Source: Chiloscyllium plagiosum
Taxonomy: Eukaryota
Direction: 5' to 3'
Assembly: GCF_004010195.1 (NCBI RefSeq)
Contig: NC_057720.1
Coordinates: 7,801,117 to 7,865,116, forward strand
Length of the DNA: 64,000 nt
Part shown: in pieces, positions 50,150-62,420 of the stretch
How the letters are laid out: each line of letters opens with the position of its first letter
Position numbering within the stretch: position 1 is the stretch's first letter
Notes under the pieces: model-generated
Seen by the model: only the letters and a program-made list of their open reading frames with translations
Told to the model about the DNA's origin: nothing
Databases searched by the model: none
Made by a program: the position numbers and the translations under genes

Positions 50150-51245
50150 AGGTAAAGTTACTGTAGTCTTACCAGACCCAAAGGCTGCTCTCTCATTGGT
50201 TTAACCTGAGGGTTACCACGCCTCAGGTGAGGGAAGAGTTTGGGAAGAAGAGTCCACCATGGTAATCTCAATGAGGAGGCAATAGCCTAGTGGTGTTATC
50301 ATTAGTCTATTAATCCAGAGATCCAGGTAACGATCTGGTGACGTAAATGTTACTAAACTGGAAAGGATATAAAAAAGAGTTATGAGGATTTTACCGAGAC
50401 TGGAGGGTTTGAGTTATAAGGAGATGTTGGTTAAGCTGGGACTTTATTCCTTAGAGATTAGAAGGATGAGAGGTGACCTTATAGAGGTTCATAAAATCAT
50501 GAGGGGCATGAATAAGGTGAATAGCCAAGGTATTTTCCACAGGGCAACAGAGTTCAAAACTAGAGGACATAGGTTTAAGGTGAGAGGGGAAAGATTTAAA
50601 AGGGACCTAAGGGGCAATGTTTTCACACAGAGAGTAAAGTGTTTATAAAATGAGCTACCAGAGGAAGTGATAGAGGCAGGTACCATTTTAATATTTAACA
50701 GCCATTTAAACAGGTACATGGACAGCGAAGGTTCAGACGGATATGGGCCAAATGCAGGCAAATAGGACTAGTTCAGTTTAGGAAACATGGTGTCAATTGT
50801 CAGGAAAAATAAGTACTTCATTCAGTAATATCCTTCAGGAAAGGAAATCTGCCATCCTTACCTGGTCTGGCCTACATGTGACTCCAGACCCTCAGCAAAG
50901 TGGTTGGCTCTTAATTGACCTCCAGGCAATTAGGGATGGGCAATAAATGCTGCTTAGCCTGTGAGGCCCACATTCATGAATAAATTTTAAAAAGAAATTG
51001 GTGTAGGAATTGAACTCATACTAATAACATCACTTCGAGAGTGTGGTGATGGAAAAGCACAGCAAGTCAGGAATCCATTCCTGATGAAAGGCTTTTGCCT
51101 GAAACGTCGACTCTCCTGCGCCTTGGATGCCACATGACCTGCTGTGCTTTTTCAGCACCAGACTCTCGACTCTGATCTCCAGCATCTGCAGTCCTCACTT
51201 TCACCTAATAACATCACTTGCCAACTGAGTGAACCAACTGTCTAA
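50150..51245. mobile_element. Nested cluster: SINE C containing SINE B (50272-50990, itself containing CR1 50345-50790) and a PLE A hairpin
   Basis: Each host resumes after its insert. Confidence 0.7.
51036..51204. mobile_element. PLE family A inverted insertion with hammerhead
   Basis: 15-bp TSD CTAATAACATCACTT at 51021-51035 and 51205-51219; CTGATGA at 51081-51087. Confidence 0.9.
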
Positions 51246-52518
51246 CAATAATTCATCTTTTCCTGTTTCTCCTCTCTGATTTCTCAAGCATATTTTTTCC
51301 ATGTGCAGTTTCTTTGCTTCTTTCTATGCCAACAAAGAAGTCCAGATACGTATTGCCACCACCATCGCCATCACACAGCGTTCTGATTGCATAATTCTCC
51401 TGAAGCCCTGAAATATAAATGTGGCTCAAATTTAGATTCATATTTATTTAAACAGCTATATTCCACTGCACTTAAGAGATGACAGTTGCCTCATTACCAA
51501 GTCCCCGATAAAGGTAATAAAGCCATAACAAGGATTCAAATTAGCGAGGAGAAAGGAACAAGAACAGTATGGTTTCTGTACGTCAATGCAAGTGCTACAT
51601 ATGTAAGAAATTCATTAGAACAACATTCCTTCCATTTGAATAAAAGGTCACTGACCTGAAACGTTAATTCTGTTTCTCTCATTGAAGTTACTGACCAGAT
51701 CATTCCTAGCTTGGCAGGTTTCTCATTTGAAGAGAGATTGGATTGACTCGGTGTGTAGGGTTTAGAAGAATGAGATGATGTAAAGTCATAGAGACATACA
51801 GCATGGAAACAGACCCTTCAGTCCAAATGCTGATCAGCTATCCTAAATTAATCTAGTCCCATTTGCCAGCATTTAGCCTATATTTCTCTAAACCCTTGCT
51901 ATTCATATATTATCCACACTAAATGTTGTAATTGTATCATCCCATTGAAACATGTAAAATGCTGACAAATTTGGACAAGGGTGCAGGGTCAACCATTTCA
52001 GACGGAGAAGTCCAGAGCTGTGCAGGTTATGTGGATGGACATGGGAAATTGCCCTCACTGTCCAGGGATGGGCTAGGTGGATGACATGTGGGAAATGAAG
52101 GATTACAGGGATAGGATGGGCCGAGGTGGGATACTCTTGGGAGATTCAGTGTGGACTCAATGGGCAGAATGGCCCGCTTCCCCACTTTTGGGATTCTATG
52201 ATTCCATGAAATCTTTTCCCCAAAGATGTGGCAAACTCTCTATCCAAGAGGTCACTGAAGATATTTAAGGGCAAAATAGACGCTAAAGGTGCTAAGAGGT
52301 TTGAGGAAAAAGTGGGAATATGGCTTAGAAATAGAATGTTAACCATGATCATGCTGAAAAGTGAAGGTGATATTTGATGGGTCAAACAGCCTAATCCTCT
52401 TCTGATTGTTTTTCTGTCTCTGTTTTGGTGCTGAGTTATTTTCAAAATTTTCTGTCTTTTGATTCAGATTTCTGGTATCTGCAGTAGTTTTATTTTGCTT
52501 CTGATATTTTTGTGCTCC

Positions 52519-53030
52519 CATAGAATTCCTACAGTGTGGAAACTGGCCATTTGGCCCAACAAGTCCACACCAACCCTCCGAAGAGTAACCCACCCAGACC
52601 CATTCCCCTACCCTTTTGCTCTGCATTTGCCCCTAACTAATACATCTAACCTACACATCCCTGATCACTATGGGGCAATTTAGCATGGCCAATTTACCCT
52701 ACCGTGCACATCTTTGGATTGTGGGAGGAAACCAGAGCACCCGGAGGAAACCCACACAGACATGGGGGCGTGGGGGCGGAGATCCTCATTCCTGAAGAAG
52801 GGCTTATGCCCGAAACATCGATTCTCCTGTTCCTTTGATGCTGCCTGACCTGCTGTGCCTTTCTAGCAACACATTTTTAAGCTCTGATCTCCAGCATCTG
52901 TAGTCCTCACTTTCTCCTACGGGGAGCGTGTGCAAACCCCACACAGACAATTACCCGAGGTTGGAATTGAACTTAGGTCCCTGGTGCTGTGAGGCAGCAG
53001 TGCTAACCAGTGAGCTACCATGATGCCCAT
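52519..53030 (-). mobile_element. HE1-like SINE interrupted by a PLE A tail (+, ~52780-52918)
   Basis: CTGAAGAAGGGCTTATGCCCGAAAC at ~52792; SINE resumes at 52919. Confidence 0.85.
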
Positions 53031-53854
53031 TTCATTATGAATTGCATAATTGCAAAGACCCTGTTTTGGAACTGGTACAATAGATTGACTGGCTTCGGAG
53101 TTGAGGTTTTCAATTATGTGGGTCTAAGCATTCTTCACAGCGAGAAATTGTTTTTTTTTTGCCCAAGGGTTTGAGGTGCAGGAGCCATAGATTTGAAACA
53201 ATTGGCACGAGAAACAAAGGTAACATGAGGAGAACCTTTCTCCATGTCGCAAGTGCATATGATCTGGAATGCACTGCCTGGTTCAATCACATCATTCAGA
53301 AGGTAATTCCGTAAGTACCTGAAAGGAAGAGATATTTCCAGGCTAAGGGAATGAGTATGGCAATGGGAATGGCTAAATTGTTCTTACACAGAGTCAGTGT
53401 GGATTTGAGGGGCTGAATGGCCTCCTCTATAACATAACCATGCCATGATTCTGTGTTTCTGAGCTTTGACCTTATTGCTTGGGGGGTACTCACACACCAG
53501 AGTTTTTCCATTGGGACAGTGTTGTTGCCCTCCACAAGTAAGGCCACGTCTGACTGGACGGTAAATCTTGATGGTCTGATTGACACGGGGATATGTTGGT
53601 GATGCCATTAAACTGGTCATCATAGGCTTCCAGGCTAACAATCTGACATTCAAGTAGGATCATGGCAGTTGGATCAGAAACTGTAAAGGCAATCTCAGTA
53701 AAGGTAATGGAAAATGCTATCATTGATTATTGTTGCTGTGTACTTACATAATTATGGCAGGTTGTCACTTTAAAAGCCCAATCATGCAGCCTAATGTTGA
53801 TGTCATTGGCCATTTTGGGCAGGAAACAGCTGAATCTAATCTTGCTGCCTGGAG

Positions 53855-54065
53855 AGCGAAGAGTCGATAAAGAGTAGAGCTGGGAAATCACAACAGGTCA
53901 AGCAACATCAGAGGAGCAGGAGATTCAACAGTTTGGATTGGAACCCTTCATCAGGAATGGACTCCCGACCTGAAACGTTGACTCCACCGCCCCTCTGATG
54001 GTATTTTTCCAGCACCACACTTTATTGATTCTGACTTTCCAGCATCTGCAGTCCTTACTTTTTTC
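53855..54065. mobile_element. Diverged PLE A-like inverted pair
   Basis: CCCTTCATCAGGAA at ~53945 followed by GACCTGAAACGTTGAC. Confidence 0.65.
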
Positions 54066-54195
54066 AATCCTGAAGAATAAACTCCCCTCCTCCCCTTAAT
54101 AAGGCACCAGTTGTTTAACCTTTCCACCTCCTGATCCTCCTGGGTATCTGTCACAAGAAGGGAACTGGTGACAAGGAGAAAAGCTCCTTTGAGAT

Positions 54196-54430
54196 TAAAA
54201 TAATTACAGAGTCCGGTATCCCATCACCAAGTCACCCTCCATTTACATGCACAGTGCATGGGCTCTGACCACCCTGAGCAGAACCAGTCCCTAGAAATGA
54301 GGAGACTCTCTCAATCTTCTGTTTATATCTGTCATGCCAGGGCTCCCTGATTGGCCCAGGTTAACCAGCCCCAATCAAGGAGATTCCATAAGTCAAGGAG
54401 GTCCACCCTGCCCTCATTCCAATCACTACA
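54196..54430 (-). mobile_element. Short LTR-like repeat
   Basis: Ends CAATCACTACA; homologous to 15726-15967. Confidence 0.6.
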
Positions 54431-54609
54431 AAGATCCACTGGGTCAATCCACTTCAGACCTTGAAGGTGCGTCAATATCAAGAAGGAAAGGAAACAAAAC
54501 TCATTGAAGCAATTACAGTCAGCATGGACAAAGGAAGAGGTGAACAATGTAGAAAAAGCTTGTCACATGCTGCACTCTGAAGGAAAACGCTGAGTAATGA
54601 GGACTCTGG

Positions 54610-54719
54610 TGTAGTGATTGGAACCAAGTGGAACTCATTGACTATGAGATTCTTGATTGGGTTTGTTAACCTGGGTCAATCAGGGGGCCCTGGCTGACAG
54701 ATATATGCAGGAGATCCAG
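54610..54719 (+). mobile_element. Partial LTR-like repeat upstream of Gypsy remnant
   Basis: Starts TGTAGTGATTGG; truncated by a family B PLE tail. Confidence 0.55.
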
Positions 54720-54842
54720 ACCTGATGAAGAAGCGTCGCTCCGAAAGCTAATGCTTCCAAATAAACCTGTTGGACTATAGCCTCGTGTTGTGTGATTTTT
54801 AACTTTGTACACTCCAGTCCAATACCGGCATCTCCAAATCAG
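54720..54842 (+). mobile_element. PLE-like tail family B with hammerhead motif
   Basis: CTGATGA-A-GAAGC-GTC-GCTCC-GAAAGCTA. Confidence 0.72.
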
Positions 54843-54975
54843 GAAAACTTAACAGCGGTAACTTTTATTAACTGTTCCAATATAGCAACATCCCATAAAC
54901 ATATCCCTTGGCAAAAAATCAAATTCAGAAATCCAATTTTCTCATATGCAAACCAGCAACAGAGAGAATTGTCAT

Positions 54976-55323
54976 CATAGAATCCCTACAGTGTGGAAAC
55001 AGGCCTTCAGCCCAAAACTCCACGCCATCTCTCTGAAGAGCACCCCAACCAGACTCAGCCCCTCCCCCCACCCACCCTACAACTCTATATTTACCATGAC
55101 TAATCCACCTAACTTACACATCCCTGGACACTATGAGCTATTTCCCACAACCAATCCACCTAAGGTGCACATGTTTGGACTATGGGAGAAAACCAGAACA
55201 CCTAGAGAAAACCCACACAGACATGGGAAGAATGTCTCCACACAGACTGTTACCTGAGGGTGGAATCGATCCCGGGTCCCTGGCATGGTGAGGCAGCATT
55301 GCTAACCACTGAGCCACCATGCT
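54976..55323 (-). mobile_element. HE1-like SINE
   Basis: Reverse complement of the consensus. Confidence 0.82.
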
Positions 55324-55931
55324 GGTGACACCAATCGATATTGAATCATTCCCTTACTGAACGGCAAACTGTTAAGAATGGAGGTAGACACTGATAGAGA
55401 AAGAAAAACAATCAAGAGAAAACTCAGGGAGAGTAGCAGCCAGGAGACCTTTACTGCAGTTTCCTGCTCTGTTGAGATTCCAACAGCAACGGACACTGAA
55501 TCTCAAAGCTAAAAAAACTAAAATATAAAATATCCTGATCTGTGAGACTTGGCCACACCCATCCAGGCTGCTTCTATTGTTCCAACTTTAAAAATAAACC
55601 TAAAAGGCCTTGCAAGTTGTTACCTTGCTGGCATTCCAACTGGACAACTCATCACCTCTGCCTTAAAGCCTCTCTTAAAAAACAACAAAAGACATAGTAG
55701 GAACCTTACAAAATCAATTTTCACCAAAATCATTGGCAATTACTGAAAGGTTCAGATTTCACCAACACAGCCAGTAGGATGGTGAATCTATCTTCCAGTT
55801 TGGTGAAATTCTAGATAAGTTAGCTGAATTTTGCAAATTTAGAGACAACTTGAATGACACTATCAGAGGCAGATTGGTATGAGGTTTAAGTTGAGAAACA
55901 ATCCAGAAAGGTTTACTGTTGGAGAGAAACT

Positions 55932-56347
55932 CTGGCACTGTACTCTATGGAGTTTAGAAGGATGAGGGGGGAATCTAATTGAAACCTACTGAATACTGAA
56001 CAGCCTGGACAAAGTGGACACTGGGAAGATGTTTCCATTGGCAGGAGAGACGAGGACCTGAGGGCATAATCTTCGAGTAAAGGAAGACCTTCTTGAACGT
56101 AGATAAGGAGAAACATCTTCAGTGGTGAATCTGAGGAATTCAGTGCCACAGAGGGGGCTGTGGATGCCAGGTCATTGAGAGTAAATGTAAAACAGAGATA
56201 GATAAGTTCTTGATTGTCAAGGGGTCAAAGGTTACAGGGAGAAAGCAGGAGAATGGGATTAGAAAACTTATCAGCCATAATTGAATGGCAGAACAGACTG
56301 GATGGACCGAATGGCCTAATTTTTGCTCCTCTGTCTTATGGTCTTAT
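55932..56347 (+). mobile_element. CR1 3' fragment inserted in Gypsy gag
   Basis: GAAACT duplicated at 55926-55931 and 56348-56353. Confidence 0.8.
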
Positions 56348-56911
56348 GAAACTTAGACTTACAGAAAACACTAGAAATAATGGCCTCAATGGAACTGGCA
56401 GCTAAGAGAGCACAGCAGCGAGGCTTCAGTTGTGAGGCTTCACAAAATAGTGACTGAGAAATGAGTGCCAACTGCAATTTGGTGTGGAAAAACAGGTCAC
56501 ACAGCAGAAAGTTGCTGGTATAAAGAGCTCTGCGTGGAAACTGCAGCACATTGAGTGGGCATGTTGGAGGAAGAAGCATCAACAACAGACAGCAAATGCA
56601 CAGAAACTGAAGAGTAGGAAGAGTATCTACACAGTGCTAAAAGGGGCATGAGAAAAGCCCAGACCATCAGTCTGAAGAGGAACTCACTGGTTATTGCTGG
56701 TGACTCTAACCGATATTGAAGCATTCCCTTACAGAATGGCAAGCTGGCAAAAATAGAGGTAGACACTGGAGCAGCAGTTTCATGGATACCTGAATGTGTA
56801 TATTAGAAGCAACTGAGTATCATTGCCCTTCAACGCTCAAAATGTTGTATAAGAACTCACAGAGATGAAATGATGCCGTTCAGAGTATCAATGTGAATAT
56901 TCAGTAATATA

Positions 56912-57078
56912 CAGAGGATCCTCAATTATCCGGCATTCGATTATCCTAATATCGAATTATCCAACAAGATCGCAAGATCCTGACGTTTGTCTATGCTATG
57001 TCACTTGATTATCCGGAATTTGATTAAACGAATGAAATACTCCCCACCCGTGTCCTTCCGATAATCGAGGTTCCTCTG
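56912..57078. mobile_element. Tc1/mariner-pogo-like MITE
   Basis: Left end CAGAGGATCCTCAATTATCCG versus reverse-complemented right end CAGAGGAACCTCGATTATCGG (18/21); TA at left. Confidence 0.75.
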
Positions 57079-58169
57079 TCGTCGAAATGAAACATTGTCC
57101 TTCCACATTGTCAGGGGAAATTTTCCAGCTTTAGTGGGGAGAATGTGTTTGGATAAAATCAACAGAGCTGAAGTGAATCGCTTGTCGGATTCTGAGACTG
57201 ATCTGTCGCACGTTCTAAAGAAACATGCCATGTTTTCAGTGGGGATTTGGGAAGGATGGAAAAGATCCCTGTCAAATCGAAAATCAAAAATGAGATTCAA
57301 GCAAAGTGTTGCAATCAGGTCAAAGGTACAGACAGAATTAGAAAGGCTAGTCAAGGAGGAAGTCCTTGAGCCCATAAGCGTGGGTGATTGGGCCATGCTT
57401 ACTCTATCAGTGATGAAGAAAGATGGATCAGCATACATCTATGCTGATTCGAAGATAATTATTAATCCATTTCTGTATCCTTTGCCTTTAATCAATGACC
57501 TTTTTGCTGAACTAGCCAAAGGTCAGCTTTTCAGTGATATTGACCTCAGTCAAGGTTTTGTCCAAATGACTGTACATCTTGAGTCACAGATGTACATGAT
57601 GATTGTAATACATAATGGATTATTCAAATACAACAGACTTCCTTTTGGAATCACATTTACATCTGCGTCTACATCTGAATCAGATCTTAAGTGGATCAGA
57701 AGAAGTCCAGTGTTACCTCGATGATATTTCAGTCACAGAGATAAAGGAAAAAGGGCATCTCCACAATTTAGATGCTACTCTATCGGCATTTCTGGCCCAA
57801 CAGTGAGGAAAGAACAAGTGTGATTTTAAAAAAAATTTCTTTAAATATTTAAGCTATATCATTGATGCTAAAGGAATACGCAAGTTAGCCTTGAGGTTAC
57901 TTAAGAACCAAGCTTTGACAGCCCTCTCTGGGAAAGAAATCCACCAATTCACTCACTTCTGAGAAAAGAATTTGCTTGTCAACTCTGTTTTATATGTGTA
58001 AACTGTTATTCTGAGATGATGCCCTCAGGTCCTAGACTCTCCCACAAGGGAAACAAAAATAAACTAGACTGATGATTAAATGGGACTTTGACATCACTCT
58101 CCCCTCAGGAGGGAGAAGAAAGAGATTGTTTTTTTATTGTCAAGAAAGCACATCTAGGTAAACAAAAAT

Positions 58170-58295
58170 TGTAAGAACTACGGATGCTGTAAATCAGAAA
58201 CAAAACCAGAAATTGCTGAAAAAGCTCAGCAGATCTGGCAGCGTCTGTGAAGAGAAATCAGAGTTAATGTTTCAGGTCCGGCAACCCTTCCTCAG
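58170..58295 (-). mobile_element. PLE tail family C
   Basis: Reverse complement CTGAGGAAGGGTTGCCGGACCTGAAACATTAACTCTG. Confidence 0.75.
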
Positions 58296-58779
58296 ATGTC
58301 TGGAGCCGAGGCCCATTAATGAAGTTGGGTTGGTGTTGCAGCAGAGTTAAGGTACCAGTAGTTCCGATCTTCCTGAATGCAGAAACAGGAGCAGGGTGGC
58401 TGACTACATTCCCTAAAGGATAACATCAGTCAGCAGTGATAACAGGGAAAGTGGAGAATTTAACCGGAAAATAATCAGGAATTTACAGAAGTTGCAGGAC
58501 AGAAGGAAGTTTTGTGACTTGCCTTGTCTGCAGTGGTATGGTCTGCTCAAGGCAGAGCATTGTAACTTCAGGGGGTGCGGTTCGCTTGGTTGGCTGGACT
58601 GCTGTTTTTCTGTGAGGCACCAACAGTACATGTTCAATTCACATGCAAGCTGATGTCTGCACCTTCTCAACCTCTCCCCTCACCTGATGTGTAGTGACCC
58701 TCTGTCTAATGAGGGAGTTGGACAATGGTGGTTTCATCCTTTACTGTAATTCCTCTCTGCTGTGTCATTTTATTTCCTT

Positions 58780-59105
58780 TATTCATTCACGGGAGGTGGG
58801 CGTCATTGGCTAGGCCACCATTTATTGCCCATCCCTGATTACCCAGAGGGCAATTAAGAGTCAACCAAATCACTATGGGTCTGGAGTCACATGTAGGCCA
58901 GACCAGGTAATGCCCTCAAGGACATTAGTGAACCAGATGTTTTTTTTTCCCCTTCTTGACAATCATCAGTGGATATATGGTTTTCATTGGACTCTTAAGT
59001 CTAGGTTTTTATTGAATTCTACTTCCATCATCTGCTGTGATGGGGTTCAAACACTATCTGGATCTCTGGATTAACAGTCCAGCGATAATACCGCTAGAGC
59101 ATTGC
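58780..59105 (-). mobile_element. SINE family B
   Basis: Antisense to 44155-44495. Confidence 0.75.
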
Positions 59106-59231
59106 TAATAGGTAATCATACATGGATTCTAGCTGGCCTGGAGTTGATGGGTTGAATGGCCTTTCCCGACAGTGGATTTATTTTGCATCTTAAATCAAAT
59201 TTTACATGGCCCCAGGGTATTTCCACAGCAA

Positions 59232-59425
59232 CATGAGGGAAGGTGGTGGGGTGATGTAGTGGGTGTAAGTTTGGTTTTGGGAGGTAGAATGGGGATGGTT
59301 GTGGGTGGCTGAGGGATGAGGGGTGTATGTGAGGAGGTGGAGGTATTGGGTGGGAGGTGTGATGTCTGTAAGTGGGTAGGGGTGGTTGGGGGGGAAGGCT
59401 GCAGTGGTGAGGGTATGGGGGATCG
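59232..59425 (+). repeat. G/T-rich low-complexity tract
   Basis: Seen directly. Confidence 0.75.
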
Positions 59426-61069
59426 AGAGCGCAGCATCACATTCTGTAGCTCCATCCATCATCGCTTGAAAACCAATGGCTTTGAATTATTTGGTGAGGC
59501 TTGCTATCGTGTCTTTTATTTCCTTCTGTGGCATATATTTTATCCCAGTGGTGACAGACAATTCAGGCCATTGGCACGTATTCATCGCATTAATCTTAAT
59601 CCACCGCTAATTACCAGGGTTTACTCTAGTCAGTGTGCAGCACTACATTATAATGCGTGAAATCTAATGAATAATACATTGTCCTACCCAGAGACACAAT
59701 CTATTGATATTTTCAACTAGTTAGGAGAGATAACTTGCATTTATTTAGCACACAGTTACTCAACTGTGGTGAAAACCATGTGTGGCAGTTAGAAAGATAA
59801 AGTCAAGGAGGGCTACTAATTGTCCAGGAGGGGCCTGGAGTCCACTGGAACCGAAGATGATTCTTCAGGAAGCTTAAATGGTTCTTCATTAGGTCATCTT
59901 CTTTAACATTTTCTTTAAACTTTTTACCAGACATAGATTAAAATTGAATATCGGGCAATAAAAACAATGTTCTTTGTATAAGAGTAAACATCATCCTGTT
60001 GGGTCATGAGCTTCAACTCACTGCTTGCTCCAAAGGATCTCCATGTTCAATACTAGCGAGCAAGATCTAGGTCACTCTCCATGAGCACATGCCATACACA
60101 CAGCCCATGTCTATAAACATTGGCATCCGACACGTGACAATCTCTAAGCACTCTCATGGCACATCTCAGATCCACTTCCAGGACATTGCTGCCCCTCAGT
60201 GCTGTGTCCTCAGCTACACTGGCTACTACCAATGTAATGCTGAGCAAGGACAGTGTGCACTCAGGGACACACAACCAGCTCATGTACTGGTACAGGCTAC
60301 ATATCTAGCCAAAAGGTTTTCCAATTGGCTTAAGTAAGCAGTGTGTGACAAAGATGGATATATTGGTTGACCAATGGATAGCAAATGGGGGCAAGTCCTG
60401 TGATGAAACTTCAAGGAGTACATTTAATCAGAGTTGATCGAGGCCAGAAGTCTAACAACTCTGCCTTGGGGATACAACTCTTGTGGAACCAAACTAATTG
60501 GCTCAGTCAATTATTTAGTCATCCTGCATGTCACTCTGTGTGTTTGTTCTACGAACATATGTACAATCAGAGACTGTGCAGTCAGCCGTCAATATCTAGA
60601 CCTGATTAATTCCATATCACTGTAATCACCAACTAATCCTCAATGCTTATGAAGCTCAGGAAGTACCATGGCGATTTGTGGTTTAGAAAAACACTCCATC
60701 AAATAATGACCTACACAATCTCACTTAACACAGGAAATGAGAAAATACCCTATGGCAGAATGTAAGGAGCTGGTGTACAGCATCTTTGTTCATCATCAGT
60801 GGAAATACGTTTCTGATTTACTGTGTCCCCAAACCATAATTTTGGATAAAGGGTATTGTCAGGTACCAGGAGTGAGCCTGGAGAGAATTTGAGTGAGAAA
60901 CATTGTGAGTAAAATACAGTCTTAAAAAGTGAGATAATGAAATGCAAGGAAATGCGTGAGAGTAAAATTGTAGGATCAAGAAAGAAAATCATGGATGTTT
61001 ATATCAGGCAGACCACATCCTTTGGGATCATCCAAAGTGTTTCACTGTCAATGACTTAAGAGCAAAGAA

Positions 61070-61710
61070 CACATAGGAACATTAGAATTCTGGATGAAGC
61101 AAGGCTAAAGTGAATCTAAACATCTCTTTTTCCACTCGGGAACTCTGCAGACTTAAGGACTCAATATTAAGTTCAACAATTTTAGGGTTTGAGTACCTCT
61201 TCCATGTCCTTCTCCTAGTTGCCACACACCAGGCCCTGTCATCCTATGGGTTGCTAACACAACCAGCCATTATCAGCCACTGATGGTCTCCATTAGCTAT
61301 TCATTCTCCCAGGCTGACCTTTACCCTTTGGAGAACCTGAGGACTTCAGATGCTGGAGATCAGAGTCGAGAGTGTAGTGCTGGAAAAATACAACAGGTCA
61401 GACAGCATCTGAGGAGCAGGAGAATTGACATTTCAGGCATAAGCCTTTCATCAGGAATTCTTTTATGACCTTTACCCTTTGTCTGTCCAACTGTTTTTGT
61501 CTGTCTCTCAGGGCTCCATCTCCACCAATTGTTACTCCTGGCACCTCACCCTACCCCGCTCCTCCCACCTCATCTTCAGCATATATACCTCCCTTTTCCT
61601 AGCGACAATTAGTTCTGAAGAAGGGTCATTGGACCTGAAAAATTAACTCTGTTTTCCTCCACATATGCTGCCAGACCTGCTGAGATTCTCCTGCAGATTG
61701 TCTTTTTGCG
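61070..61710 (+). mobile_element. PLE family C 3' fragment (endonuclease C-terminus, UTR, hammerhead)
   Basis: SGTLQT*GLNIKFNNFR at ~61135-61190; AGTT-CTGAAGA-A-GGGTC-ATTG-GACCT-GAAA at 61611-61640. Confidence 0.7.
61331..61465 (-). mobile_element. PLE family A tail nested in family C element
   Basis: 16-bp TSD TGACCTTTACCCTTTG at 61315-61330 and 61466-61481. Confidence 0.88.
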
Positions 61711-61850
61711 TCTAGAGAGGGTCAAGTTTGCCTTTTACCATCCTGGGTAGTTGAATGAGAGCAAGAACGGGACTTAAGTATTGATGAAGAAAGGATCAAG
61801 GGGTGGAATTTTATAAGGGCTGTACAATGGGGGCTATGACAAAACATGAG

Positions 61851-62420
61851 AGGCACGGTGTCCCAGTGGTTAGCACTGCTGCCTCCCAGCACCAGAGACC
61901 CGGGTTTGATTCTAGCCTTGGGCAATTGTCTTGTGGAGTTTGCACGTTCTCCATAAGTCTACGTATTTCCTCCCAGGGTCCAGAAATGTGCAGGTTAGGT
62001 GGATTAGCCAAGCTAAATTGCCCTATATTATCCAGAGTTGTGCAGGCTAGGTGGATTAGTCATAGGAAATGTAGGGTTATAGGAATAGGGTGCTTTTCAA
62101 AAGAGTGTATCATAGATTTTCTACATTGTGAAAACTAGACCATTCAGCTCAACAACTGCACACTGACCTTCCTAAGAGTAACCTATTCAATCCAATACCC
62201 CACCCTATATTTACCCCTAACTAATGCACCTAACTTACACATCCCTGACACTATGGACAATTCACTTAACCTGCACATCTTTGGATTGTGGGAGGAAACC
62301 CACGCAGATACAGAGAGAATGTGCAAACCTCACACAGACAGTTGCCTGAGGCTGGAATTGAACCCGGGTCCCTGGCACACTGCAGCAGCAATGCTAGCCG
62401 CTGAGCCATTGTACCACCCA
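61851..62420. mobile_element. Two HE1-like SINEs tail-to-tail (+ 61851-62095, - 62112-62420)
   Basis: Both cores recognisable in opposite orientation. Confidence 0.82.

Larger units (their letters stand above)
55590..57890 (+). pseudogene. Decayed Gypsy LTR retrotransposon gag-protease-RT
   Basis: gag ERFRFHQHSQ*DGESI..DKLAEFCKF..RLV; EIMASMELAA; protease IEVDTGAAVS (~56755); RT YPLPLINDLF, DLSQGF, YNRLPFGI, CYLDDI; stops and frameshifts. Confidence 0.85.

Noticed and set aside
57095..57724. Longest ORF (209 aa) as a functional or domesticated gene
   Set aside because: Gypsy RT remnant; YLDD lies in another frame and upstream gag has stops and insertions
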